This document shows, one piece after another, positions 52,383 to 64,000 of a stretch of DNA of 64,000 bases. The stretch is taken from assembly GCF_024521635.1 (NCBI RefSeq), contig NW_026250409.1, positions 868,001-932,000 on the forward strand. The letters run 5' to 3'. The DNA comes from Tricharina praecox (lineage: Eukaryota). The position numbers were made by a program, and so were the translations under genes. Numbering within the stretch: position 1 is the stretch's first letter; each line of letters begins with the position of its first letter. The notes under the pieces were generated by a model that saw only the letters and a list, made by a program, of their open reading frames with translations, made no database searches and was not told the origin of the DNA.

Positions 52383-52643
52383 AAAAAAAAGAAGGAGAAG
52401 AAGAAGAAGAAGGAGAAGAAGACGAAGAAGAAAAAAGAAAAGAAAAAAGAAAAAGAAAAAGAAAAAGAAAAAGAAAAAGAAAAAGAAAAAGAAAAAGAAA
52501 AAGAAAAAGAAAAAGAAAAAGAAAAAGAAAAAGAAAAAGAAAAAGAAAAAGAAAAAGAAAAAGAAAAAGAAAAGAAAAGAAAAGAAACGAATAGAAAGAA
52601 AGAAAAAAGAAAGAAAAGGGAAGAAAAGAAAAGAAAAGAAAAA
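52383..52643. repeat. Polypurine tract with about 20 perfect GAAAAA units (about 52449-52568)
   Basis: Directly visible. Confidence 0.97.
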
Positions 52644-53469
52644 AACAACAGCACAACGTGGAAGCCAGCTGCTCTTCCCTCTTCCCCTTCCCCTTCTCAT
52701 CCCTCCCCTTCTCAGCATCTGCAGAGTCAGAAAAGTAAAGTAAAGTTAGCTCCCCCCCGCATCGTCACCATCAGCGAAGAGAACGCAGAAAAAACGATGA
52801 GGATGAGGAAGAGCAAGAGAAGGGCGAAGCGAAGGCTGCTGCCCATCCAGCCACTCGTCAACGCCCCAACGTTTTTCTTCCCCAGTCGCCAGCCAGCCAG
52901 TGCCGAATACGTCTCTGCAATGAGTCGCACGAACGAATGACACCGGGATTCGGTATTTTCCACGAGCCCGATCGTCCACGAAGCCTGCGCTTTGTTGTAC
53001 ATCCTTCATACATCTTACTTATGCTACCTACTTGATGCGGATTTCGCTGCTGCTGGACTCGGCGGGAATCAAATCAAATCGCGCTGTTGATACATAGGAG
53101 CTTACTACGGCCAGGAGCACGACATGGACTTGGAACGATCTGTACGGTACCCGCAGTGTAGTGTATGCAAGTGCATTATTGGAGGGGATGGAGGATGGGG
53201 GATGCTTGCTGTTTCTTTCCGAAACATGTGGCGCCTCCATCGAGATAAGATCCCGGGACGTGGCTGGATAGGTAAGTAAGAACCTCTCTTGTTACCCCCG
53301 TACTCTACGCTGGATTCTACGCTGGACTCGGGAGCATCGATAGCATGTATCATAGGTATTCGAGAATAGAATATCTCCGTGTACCTGCTCTGCATTGGAC
53401 TCGGAGTACTCGCAGCTCTGGAGCATGGCCGCATCACGCATCACGCATCACGCATCGCCGTCACGAATA

Positions 53470-53765
53470 CCATCACTACAGCTACCGCAGCCACCATCAC
53501 CGTCACGGCTACCACCACCACAGCTACCACAGCTACCACTGCCACCACCTCCACTCCTCCACCTCCACTCCACTTCCTCCTCCACTTCCTCCTCCTCCAC
53601 CTCCACCTCCACTTCCTCCTCCTCCACCTCCACCTCCACCTCCACCTCCACCACCGCCTCCTCCACCACCTCCACCACCGCCTCCTCTTCCTCCTCCTCC
53701 TCCTCCACCACCGCCTCATCTTCCTCGTCCTCTCCTCCTCCACATCCACCACCACCACCTCCACC
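53470..53765. repeat. Low-complexity (CCA)/(CCT)/(CCTCCA)n microsatellite
   Basis: Directly visible; gives poly-P/S/T/H pseudo-ORFs. Confidence 0.93.
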
Positions 53766-56700
53766 GGCAGCCTTATCTCCATTCTCCAGTCTCCAGTGCC
53801 AACCGACAACCGGCTCACACGACCCGACCCTCGAAAGAACGGCTCACACGCTCACACGAACTGGGGCCCCAGACCCCCAGGGGCTTTCGCTTTCGTCCGC
53901 CCGACGTCCGCCCGCTCATCGCTCATTTGGTGATCCCAGCCGCACAAAAAGTAAGTTCGCATCAAAAAAGTATAGTAGATTGTCCTGCGCTGCTGCGCTT
54001 CCGTTTCGCCTCTACTTCCAGGCTCAGGTGATTTCGATTTCGCTGCGGCTTCAGAGCACCACCACCGTCGCCGCCACGATCGATAGCACCGCAACCCCAC
54101 ACCACCACCCCCACGAAGGTACGTATCATTTTGCGAACAAGCTACTATGAATGATAGGTAGAGTACGTGTGCTCTGCTCGGCGCATGAAATCTCAATCTC
54201 GCCCAAATTCCGCCTCATTTTGGTTATGGTATGAGGAGCAGAGAGGCGCAAAGTACCTAGAGTGTCTACCTGCCTCCGCATGACATCGCGTCGCGTCGCA
54301 TCGCAAGCCCCGACTCCCGAGTAGATATGATATGTGTTTTGCGCCTCATCAAACTCGCACCTCCGAGCCTGCGAGCTAGTACGCTTCCGACCGACCGAGT
54401 GAAGTGAATCGCGAAGAATTTCTTTAGCCCCAAACTGGCCCCCCCCCGACCCCCATCGTCGTCGGCTTCCAGAATGTCTTTAATCTCCGAGACCTTTCTA
54501 GAGCGTGAGCGTGAGCAGCGTGATGTGGAGCGTGGAGCCCCCTTCCTTGCTCCTGCTCCTTGCAACCAGACCAGACCAGACCAGGGGGAAATGGACGGGG
54601 GTCACCGGCTGGGGCCCGGGGGGAAGGGGACGGGAGACTGAGATGAGGAAGGAAGGACCTTTGACTTTGATTTTGACTTTGACTCTCTTGAGGACTTTCG
54701 CTAGATGTGTAGAAGGAAGTGCTGAAACCCCCGTCCCCCTCTCCTCCCGGGGCCGTTCAGGTTTAGGTCACCGCTCCACTGCTCCACTGCTCCACCACAC
54801 CAACCACACCAACCACACCACAACCACAACTAGGACGAATGCGGCGGCCTTCTAGAAGCCCCCAAATATGTACTTGGGATCGCCCCCATACCCGGCATAC
54901 CGTACTAGATCATGTAGAGTAAAATCACCACCACCACACAACACAACAACCCGGCGGAAGCTATCCTTTACTTACATACGTGCTTACCGTGCATTCGCTC
55001 ACTTTACTTATGATACTTTACTTACGTACCTCCCCCGCGTGCTCCCCGGCCGCCCGCCTTTCGAACCGAAGTAGGCAGGCACCCAGGTACGCACGCAGGC
55101 ACGCAGGCGAGCAGACAGGCAGGAAGGCGAGTAGACAGGCAGGAAGGCACGCAGGCACGCAGGCACGCAGGCACGCAGGCGAGCAGTGGTTGATGGTTGA
55201 TGGTTGATGGTTGAGGCAGAACGACCGGGTTTCGGATTGAGGACTGAGGATTTCGGATTTTGGGTTCGACATTCTCCTCCGCTTCGTCCTACTACTCCGC
55301 ATCGTCATACTCCTCATCGCCCTCATCTGCGTGATACTGCCCCGCCTGTTCATGTCCCCACTCCACCTCTACCTGCCCCACCTCCTCCTCTACCGGTACC
55401 TGCCCCTCCTCATTCACCTCCCCCACCTCCTCTAGGTACCTGCCCCTCCCAGGCTCGCAGGGAGATTACCGCCCCCGAGATATTGATCCCGTTTCCGCAT
55501 GTTTCTGATGTTGCAAATCTCTTTGTCCCTCTTCCTGCTTACGGTAGTCGGCTATCATCTATGGTATGGTACGACGTGGGCGGCTACGATGGGATCGCAA
55601 AAAAAGATCTCGCAAAATAGAAGAAAGATCTGGGCCCCCCCGCATGCTGCATGCTGTATGCTGTATGTACGCTGTATGTACGCGGAGTAGAGTGTGTATA
55701 TATGGATTGTATGGACAGTGGGGTGTATAATAGGCAGAGTGCTCCACAGTCGTTGCCGACGACGATGGCGACGACGACGATGAAGAGGATGATGCTAAAG
55801 ATGGTGATGATTATGATAATGCTGACGGAAAGAGAGAGACTGGTTGTTTTGTTGCTATTGCTAGCTGGATGTTTCTATTGCCGGCCGCTGGGCGGCCCCA
55901 CATGGATGAAACAAACGGTGCGGTTGTTTCATAGCTTCGTTCGATCGAGCCGTGTACTGAGTACACATCGTACATACGATGGAACTCGGAAGGACGGTAC
56001 ACCGTACATATGAGACATATGATACATATCCGCTGCGGCAATACGTATATTTACATAATGATTCCACGCCCAACTAACGCACGCATGAACTTTGAAACTT
56101 ACCTGGCGTGTGTTGTACGCGGCGAGCGGGGAGACGGACGCACGGAGAGACGTACGGGCGACTCTTTCTTCTATTTTTCGGGCCGGCCAATATCGGACGG
56201 AAGGAGACGAAAACATATAGGCCAACGGTGATTGTCCTACTCTTCTTACTCTGCGTGCCGTCCACTATTACACTGAAGTGTTGTTGTACATACCGTATGG
56301 CTATCCGCTTATGTACCCACTCTGTCGACCTGGATGTTGGTGATTGAGCTGGATGCGAATGTTGGCGCCCATCGTATGTACATAGGTAGATATTGAGGGA
56401 CCTACGACGGGTACGGGCAACTGATGAGACAGATTGAATTGGCTAGAAAGCGACAAGAAAGGAAAGGAGCCTGTATTCTTCAGGCCGAACAACCTCAAAT
56501 ATCTCTGCGATGTTGATGATGTCTGATGTCTCGTGTGTTATGTAGAGACCGACCGACCAGACGAACATAAAAGTAGCAACAGAGAACATCTCAACGTTGG
56601 GGTGATCGCGTCTGGCCCACCGAGTCCCACAATATGGACCTGCTTCGCTAACACGGATGTCTGCCGTCGGTAGACGGGAACGGGCAGTCGGGCAGTCGGT

Positions 56701-58446
56701 CAAGCAGACAGGCAAGCGCGCAGGTATGTAGGCAGGCAGTCAGTCCGGCAGGCAGGCGCGTCGGACGCACGCACGCACGCACGCACGCAGCCAACCACTC
56801 TAATTGTATGCATGTCCCGTATATATACAGTATGCATGGACTGGTATGCAAGTATGCATGTATGTACCGTATGTATGGACCGTGTGCAAGTATGCATGTG
56901 AGGTGTATGTAAATATCCCGCCCACAAACGGCGCGACGGCAGCACTCGCGGCAGCAGCAGTTCGCTATGCTATGTCTCTAGATCCCAGCTGCCGATCAGA
57001 ACATCCGCTCCGCTCGTGCGTATGTAGGTACGGGAACATACTGTTCGCGATGTGTAGAGTACCCTACATATCTATCGGGTCACTGATTAGCGATCAGCAA
57101 TGGTGTGTTGTGGAGACGGTGGAAGGTGAGGCAAGACGGTGATGCCCGCGCCGTTGGCCATATTCGTCTCCGTCCCACGGCCGTGCACAATCTGGGCGGC
57201 GTGGGTGGAGTGATTAAAGCAGGTGGAGCATGTCGGCACATGGCGCCAATGTTTCCACCTTATATACCGCGTATATGGCAATGGCGATGTGGGGGTTCAG
57301 TAGGTAATGGCAGTCCTGTCCTGTCCTGTCCGGAACCTGGCGGCTGTTGGACTACCGATACCGATACCGATACCGGTACCGGTACCTATGTTGCCACGGT
57401 ACTCTGCCTATAGCCGACGGAGGTTCTGCCGTGCTCGATATCAGATACTCTACTCTACTCTAGGTACTCTGGGTACTACCGTACCGTATGCACCATATCC
57501 ATCTCCAGCTACCGGTATCGGTACGTAGAGTAGAGTATCTCGGCGTAGTGATGGAAATGGAACCCTGTAACCACGTCAATCTACGGATGCTCATTGCTCA
57601 TCTTCATCCCATCGAGATATGATGATATGATGATATGAACTGCGGCCCGCGCGGATATCGAACGACCATTGGGTATATGCTTCTGAAGATCGATATGGTC
57701 TCGTTGGGGGGTGGACTGTGACCGAGGTCCTGGTTGGCTGCTGGTCGACGTTTGACTTCCACTTTCTGCCTGCCTGTGGCCCTGTCTCGGGCTCGGGAGT
57801 CGGCCGCCTAAGTACGTAAGCGGAGGTGGGTGATGCCCAGTGTACTCACTCAGGGCCTGTTTGGGTGCCCGCTGCATGCTGAATCTGCATACATACCACA
57901 AAAAATTGAGATGCTGTTCGAAAGCCTCAGTTTCCGAGCGATGGGACCTGGTTGGCCGTTCGGCACACCACCCTAACACTCTAAGTTGACGATTGGAGGA
58001 ACTGTGTGTTGTCGACTGAGCCACAATGCACATAAAAAGTGTGGCGTGCTGTTGAATACCGTATCTGGGTTGCCGGATGGGTCATCGGCGGAGATGAGGG
58101 TTTGCAGATGCAGTTTTGGTTCGGTATCTAACTTTCAACTCGTCAGAAACCCAAGGTTTGAGGATGCAGTTGGCACTCGAATTGGCCCTCAAATCCTCGC
58201 ATACATACATCACGCAAAACAATGCGATGCAGCTGCGCGGACCACGCCGCAGAGATGAGTGCCATCACGTGAAGCCGGCCTGTCAGTTAGTCATAGGCAG
58301 ACCCCTAGCCCTGGAAAATTAGCGTCTTTTCCTCCGTGCTGCCGCCCCACCTACCCCGCTTCGCCCCGTTTGACACACTCTCTCCTTTCAGCGCAAAGAT
58401 TCTTTCTCTCCCATATCCTCACCTTCATCCTCAAGCAAATCTCAAG

Positions 58447-60109
58447 ATGTCCTTCGGAAAGATCTACACGTACCCCGTATGTCAAACTATCCCACCCCTT
58501 TCTGGCCAGTGCTCGGATATCTTTTTTTCCAAGACAAAAACGGTTTTTGATACCGATGGATGGATGGCTGGATGGGAGAAAAAAATACAAACAAACAAAC
58601 GCTGACATTCCGACCAGAACAACCCCCGCACCACCGCCCTCCTAGTGGTCGCGAAGGCCAATGGTCTCGACATCGAGTCGGTCCACGAGGAGCCCGCCAA
58701 GGGTGTCAGTGCCGAGTACTTGAAGATCAACCCTCTCGGAAAGGTCCCCACTTTCCAGGGTGCTGATGGATTCGTTCTGTCGGAGTGCATTGCCATTGCC
58801 ATCTACCGTATGCAAAATCTCTCTGAAAATCGACTCCTATTCGTACCTACTGGCTTCGTGGGAAGTTTGGGAGTCGCGGGATTGCGAGTGAAATGGCGCT
58901 GATATTGGATCATTAGTCGCTGCCCAGAACGAGAAGACCACTCTCCTCGGAAAGACCAAGCAGGACTACGCCTCGATCCTGAGGTGGATGTCGTTCAGCA
59001 ACACTGAGGTCCTCTCTAACCTCGGCAGCTGGTTCCGCCCGTTGATCGGCCGTGACGCATACAACAAGAAGAACGTCGACGCTGCCCAGGCTGCCACCCT
59101 CAAGGTCGTCGGTGTCGTTGAGAGCCACCTGAGCCTGAACACCTTCCTTGTCGGTGAGCGTCTGTCTCTGGCTGACATCTTCTCCGCGTCCGTCTTTTCC
59201 CGCGGTTTCGAGTTTGTAAGCTCCCCCGACATCCGACCAGCCCACCCGTACGTGATCTAATGCGCTGCAGGTCTTCGACAAGGAGTTCCGTGCTTCGTAC
59301 CCCAACGTCACCCGTTGGTTCGACCTTGTCCGCAACCAGGACATCTACAAGGCCGCTGCCGGTGATTTCACCTACCGCGACGAGGCTGTCAAGTACACTC
59401 CCCCCAAGAAGGAGCCCAAGGCCGCTGCCCCCAAGGCCGCCCCTACCCCCAAGGCTGCCAAGCCCAAGGATGAGGACGACGATGAGGAGCCCGTCCAGGA
59501 GGCCCCCAAGGCCAAGCACCCCCTCGAGGCCCTCCCCAAGCCCACTCTTGTTCTCGACGACTGGAAGCGTAAGTACTCGAACGAGGACACCCGCTCCGTC
59601 GCTCTTCCCTGGTTCTGGGAAAACTACAAGCCCGAGGAGTACTCTCTGTGGAAGATTGAGTACAAGTACAACGACGAGCTTACCCTCACCTTCATGAGCT
59701 CCAACTTGATCGGAGGTCTCTTTGCTCGTCTGGAGGGTTCCCGCAAGTACATCTTCGGGTCCATGTCGTAAGTAGCGCCTGCCCTACTGTCATATGTCAC
59801 GATCATGACTGATTCCGATTTCAGCGTCTACGGAGAGAGCAACGACTCTGTCATTAGCGGAGCTTTCGTGATCCGTGGTGACGACCACGTCCCCGCCTTT
59901 GACGTAAGTTCTAACCGCATCCGAGCACTGCGAATGGAGACTAATACCCGAATTAGGTTGCCCCCGACTGGGAGTCTTACAGCTTCGTCAAGCTTGACCC
60001 CTCCAAGGAGGAGGACAAGGAGTTCGTCAACGATGCCTGGTCTTGGGACAAGCCCCTGGTTATCGGTGACAAGACCTACAACCACGCCGACGGAAAGGTC
60101 TTCAAGTAG
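58447..60109 (+). CDS. TEF4: Translation elongation factor eEF1B-gamma (GST-like N-domain plus EF1G C-domain); five introns
   Basis: MSFGKIYTYPNNPRTT, NPLGKVPTFQGADGFVLSECIAIAIY, TFLVGERLSLAD, KAKHPLEALP, LDDWKRKYSNEDTRSVALPWFWE, FMSSNLIGG, VAPDWESY, DGKVFK; strong codon bias. Confidence 0.97.
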
Positions 60110-60262
60110 ATGTTTATTTCCTTTCAAAAAAAATTGATTTTTGCAGCAGTCAAAAGCGATAATGGGCTGGATTTGAGACGAGGTTCAAGTCTTAGATTAC
60201 GAATGATGAAGATGGTTCTTGTGGGAATCACAATTCGGTTGACAAGATACTTTCCTTCGTGA

Positions 60263-60324
60263 TACGTGGTGTGATTCTATGCTCTGCTGTAATACGTGAT
60301 GTGATTCAATGCTCTCTGCTGTGA
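60263..60324. repeat. ~30-bp imperfect tandem duplication between the convergent TEF4 and RRP36 3' ends
   Basis: TACGTGGTGTGATTCTATGCTCTGCTGT followed by TACGTGATGTGATTCAATGCTCTCTGCTGT. Confidence 0.8.
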
Positions 60325-60459
60325 TAATTGTTCACGGTTACTCATTTGCTGTCACTCGGTATTATTCGGCGTCTGGACATGGATGCATATGGTATGAAGC
60401 GTAGTACTCTAACTATGATACGTAGCATCCATCCCATATGATTGTCTCCAGCTCCCACA

Positions 60460-61567
60460 TCACGTTTCCCGTCTCTCCCAGGGCATGTGCTTGCGTTCCT
60501 TTTGCGCCTTCCGTTTTTGCTTCCTGGCAACAACACGTTCCACTTGCTTCTCGGAGAGCTTCGAAAACTCCTCCTGCAGGACAAGTTTCTTGATCTCGGC
60601 TGTTGCGTAGATATTTCATCAGCAATAGGTCCCGTCGTCTCGAGTCTGGGTAGGGGAGGAAACATACACTGCTTGAGATGAAACGGCGTCTTTCCCTGTT
60701 TGACCAGCTCCCTCTCCTTGGTCTTGTGCCTCTTGAGCGCCTCCGCCGATTTGTCTTTATTCTGCTGACTCTGCTTTTGCGATTCCTATGCACCACAACA
60801 TTGTCAGCCTCCACTCGCCCCCCCCTCCGCGCTCGACCAGCACCGCACTCACCATAGACCTGAGCTTCTTCTCCAGCGCCTCCTTCTTGCGCTCATCCTT
60901 ATCCTTAACCTTCCTTATCTGCTCCTTCAGCAGCTTCATCTCATCGTTCCTATAGTCGTCGAGGAACGCATAGTTCCGTCTAAACTCGTGGTCCGCAAAG
61001 ACGCCATTGACGGCGGTATCGAAGCGGGGGTCTCGCGACTTCATCTTTGCGGCGGCGGGCTCGACGACGATGCGCTTCCGCGTGATGGTGCGCTTCGACG
61101 TGATCTCTTGCGGCGCGTTCTTGGAGGCGCGCGCTGGGTTGTCTTTGCGGTCTTGTACCTTCTTGCTGCCGTCGAAGTACGTGTCCGAGTCGGGGGCGTG
61201 GACGGCGGGGGCGCCGGTGCGGGCGCGGGACTTGACAGGCGCTTTCTTCTCTTTGAGCAGCGAGGATTGCGCCCGCGCGAGCGTGCCGAACGAGATGCGC
61301 GATATCGAGGCGCGGGCGGTCTAGGATTGGTCAGGACGGAAGGAATGTATACGGCGAGGGGGAGGGGCTTACGGCGCTTTCGTCCTCTTCTTCGTCCTCA
61401 TCGCCCGCTTCCTCGTCGTCCTCTTCCTCGGAGCCGTCGGAGCCGCTGCCAGAGGCGTCGCTCATGTCCACATCCTCGTTCTCAACCTCGAGGTCTTCCT
61501 CCTCCTCCTCATCGTCGTGCAGCAGCGGTTTTACCCGCCGGATCTTCATCCTGTCGTTGATTGGCAT
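60460..61567 (-). CDS. RRP36: rRNA biogenesis protein Rrp36, spliced
   Basis: Acidic N-terminus, [28 protein letters not shown]...[26 protein letters not shown]-terminal [15 protein letters not shown]. Confidence 0.9.
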
Positions 61568-61780
61568 GTTGCTGGGTCGTATGTAGATAGGTGGTGGAAA
61601 TGTAACTTAAAAGTTGAGTTGATGATCCACCTGTAGGTAGAATGTAGAGTATCTTCTAGCTTTGTGTAACACGCGCTCAATTAAATCTCGCGCCTCGCAT
61701 GGGGCCGACCGGGGGGGGCATTTAAAGAATTTCTCGACCCCTTGTTGTTGCTGTCGTCGGCGCACACACACGTCGTGTGA

Positions 61781-63547
61781 ATGTCGAATCTCATCCTCCG
61801 TCACCGTGTCGGTGTCACCTCCACTACCGCACGACTCCTCATCAATATGGCACGGAATAAACGAAGCTCCGGCAACAACAACACCACCGCAAATCGTAAC
61901 GAGGGAAGAGCGACAAGCAGGAGTAGGAGTCCTCGTGCCTACGATGGCGGCGAAAGGGAGTACAGGAGGAGAGACGATGATCGCCGCGGCGCAGGAGGGG
62001 GAGCGGTGTCGCAAGCCACGCCGATGAATGTGTGGCAAGGAGGAAGAGAGGGAGGAGGGGGAGAAGGAGGAGGAGGAAGGACAAGGGCAAGCAGAAGGGA
62101 GCAGTTCCAGCTGCCCGAGCGACTGAACATCCCGCCCCCAACGACAGCGCCTCGCGGCAGTGGACACGACAACTACACACCACACGGCGCAAACTACAAC
62201 CGGGAGGGACACTACGGCAGCTTCAACCACAATAACTACAACAACAATCGTGGAATGGCGAACCTACCACCTAGGCCTCCGCCCTCGACAGCCATGCCCG
62301 TGCACGGCTATGCCGCCCGTCCACCAACGCACACAAGGTTCTTCCATGACGATCGGCACCAGCAGGCTCCGCAGAAAGGAGGCTGGAAGCCGCAGAACCT
62401 GCAACGGCCAGGAGGAGGCTGGCGGCAGATGGAGGAGTTTGAACGGAATGAGCAGCCGCACCCGGATTACGTGAAGCGGGGGGCCTATAACCCGCCATCG
62501 GCGCCGCAAGGCAGAGCCCAGCATATTTCGCAACGGGGCCATGCACAGCCGGAGGAGCGGAAGCACAACTTTGGGTTCACAATCCAACGTCAGTACGGGG
62601 GCGCCCCCGACGGAAAGCACAACCCTCAGCCTACAACTCAACATCAGTACGGAGGGGCGGCCTACGACCGCACCGCGCAGCCCACAATAGCGCCCGTCGC
62701 CACCGCCGCATACCTCGAGCAATCCTTACAGCCATCGCAGAAGCTCAGCACACCCAAGGAACTGCTCGTGATCCTGGATCTGAACGGAACTCTTCTTTTC
62801 CGTAAGAAGGGGAGGAACGCAACGGGTTCGTCAGCTCCCACCCTACGTCCCGGCCTTTCGGGTTTCTTGAACTACGTCACCGGCAACTTCAAAGTCATGA
62901 TCTGGACTTCCGCGCGCCCCGACAACGCAAAGCGCATGGTTGATGCCGCGTTCACCAAGAAGCAGAAGCAGAAGCTCGTCGCTGTGTGGGCCCGCGATAC
63001 GCTGGGCTTGACCTCGTCCCAGTACAACGCCAAGGTCCAGGTCTACAAGACGCTCGAGAGGATATGGAACGGGAGGTTTGCGATCAAGGGTAAGGCGGCT
63101 TTTGATCAGACCAACACGGTTCTCTTCGATGACTCGACCGAGAAGGCTGTGGGTCATCCGTACAACCTGGTCTGTGTTCCGGAGTTCGACGGCAACCAGA
63201 GCCAGATTACAGGAGATATGGTGCTCCAGCAGTGTATTGAGTATCTGGAGAAACTCAAGTGGCAGTCGGATGTATCTGCTTACATACGTGCACATCCATT
63301 TGAGTCCGTCACTAAATCTAAGGGGACACCTAAGGGTGCTGGACCGAGACAGACAGCTAAGGAATTGTCTGTCGATGAAGACGATGTTGCTGAACATAAG
63401 GAAGATGGGGAGGAGGAAGACGAAGACGGTTATCCCGAAGATAAGGAGGAGGGGGAGGAGGAAGAGGAAGACGATTATGCCGAAGATAAGGAGGAGAGCG
63501 AGGATCAAGAGGAGGGGGGTGTCAAGCTCCGCGGTTGGAGGCGATGA
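61781..63547 (+). CDS. FCP1/SCP-like (NIF) HAD-superfamily domain protein with RG/Q-rich N-terminus and acidic tail; single exon (start may be 61847)
   Basis: LLVILDLNGTLL, LRPGLSGFL, FKVMIWTSARPDNA, VWARDTLGL, YKTLERIW, QTNTVLFDDSTEKA...PYNLVCVPEF. Confidence 0.9.
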   Translation: MSNLILRHRVGVTSTTARLLINMARNKRSSGNNNTTANRNEGRATSRSRSPRAYDGGEREYRRRDDDRRGAGGGAVSQATPMNVWQGGREGGGGEGGGGRTRASRREQFQLPERLNIPPPTTAPRGSGHDNYTPHGANYNREGHYGSFNHNNYNNNRGMANLPPRPPPSTAMPVHGYAARPPTHTRFFHDDRHQQAPQKGGWKPQNLQRPGGGWRQMEEFERNEQPHPDYVKRGAYNPPSAPQGRAQHISQRGHAQPEERKHNFGFTIQRQYGGAPDGKHNPQPTTQHQYGGAAYDRTAQPTIAPVATAAYLEQSLQPSQKLSTPKELLVILDLNGTLLFRKKGRNATGSSAPTLRPGLSGFLNYVTGNFKVMIWTSARPDNAKRMVDAAFTKKQKQKLVAVWARDTLGLTSSQYNAKVQVYKTLERIWNGRFAIKGKAAFDQTNTVLFDDSTEKAVGHPYNLVCVPEFDGNQSQITGDMVLQQCIEYLEKLKWQSDVSAYIRAHPFESVTKSKGTPKGAGPRQTAKELSVDEDDVAEHKEDGEEEDEDGYPEDKEEGEEEEEDDYAEDKEESEDQEEGGVKLRGWRR

Positions 63548-63711
63548 TCAAGTCCATTCATGATGTTTTGCTTTGCCACTTTGGTGCCAGTATACCCGCA
63601 GTTTTACTCTGTATAATTGGGAGGGGGGCGGTGCCCGGACAGCGTTGTTTTTCTAGGTGAAGCGGTTTCAATTTTGCAAGACCTTTTAACAAACAAATAG
63701 AAGAAGTAGAA

Positions 63712-64000
63712 TTAGTCTCGCCAATTGACGTGTACTTCGTCCGTCCTGATGGAGGAAAGAAACCCGTCAGTCTTGCATCGAACGAATGAGTCTGGAGGAG
63801 AAGTAGGAACTGACCTGAACCTCTGCGTGCATGTCGATTCCTCCAACGGAGTCTTGAACCCCATCTTGTGGGCCAATAGCCCCGCATGCGCAATCATGAT
63901 ACCATTATCGATGCAGAAGCGCTCATCAGTCGCATAGACACTGCCACCCCGGTCCCTCGCCATAAGCCCCATCATCTCCTGCAACCTCTCATTACACCCC
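63712..64000 (-). CDS. KAE1: KEOPS/EKC subunit Kae1 (t6A N6-threonylcarbamoyltransferase), 3' end only; one intron (about 63748-63813)
   Basis: [18 protein letters not shown]...[17 protein letters not shown]...[15 protein letters not shown]. Confidence 0.96.
   Translation of the reverse strand, partial: GCNERLQEMMGLMARDRGGSVYATDERFCIDNGIMIAHAGLLAHKMGFKTPLEESTCTQRFRSVPTSPPDSFVRCKTDGFLSSIRTDEVHVNWRD

Noticed and set aside
52305..54150. Poly-K/E, poly-F, poly-P and poly-S ORFs (also 9993-10639)
   Set aside because: They are translations of microsatellites that are open in most frames.
56095..56260. U1 snRNA (ACTTACCTGG)
   Set aside because: No U1-70K loop (GATCAC), no U1A loop (ATTGCAC) and no convincing Sm site. 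Better explained as a minus-strand splice donor or chance.

Overview
Gene-dense eukaryotic genomic DNA from a filamentous ascomycete (Pezizomycotina-type proteins; many short GT-AG introns with CTRAC-type branch points). The exact taxon cannot be determined from sequence alone. I reconstruct 21 protein-coding genes, mostly spliced and mostly conserved housekeeping. In order: Snf2/Sth1-type remodeler (partial), adenosine kinase, EST1/SMG6-family protein, ZNF511-like zinc finger, GAR1, Mei2-like RRM protein, RAI1/DXO, GET4, ADE5,7, TIM8, a Ser-rich membrane protein, RCE1, RFC4, a GPI-anchored aspartic protease, a PH+LRR protein, EPL1, calcineurin B, an uncharacterised protein, eEF1B-gamma, RRP36, an FCP1/NIF-like HAD protein and KAE1 (partial). 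There are three identical intronless tRNA-Leu(CAG) genes, two of them a convergent pair. I found no intact transposon, rRNA or CRISPR. The most unusual signals are non-coding: a 402-nt calcineurin B intron with mutually exclusive hairpins, a higher-order minisatellite beside a tRNA, three palindrome-rich 55-bp repeats upstream of the Mei2-like gene, extreme micro-exons (Mei2-like, RAI1), an eEF1B-gamma intron that lacks the snR38 guide hosted by the yeast ortholog, and a ~9-kb gene-free region. None is proven to be a new biological system. Exon boundaries were inferred by eye and family calls come from motif recognition, not database searches.
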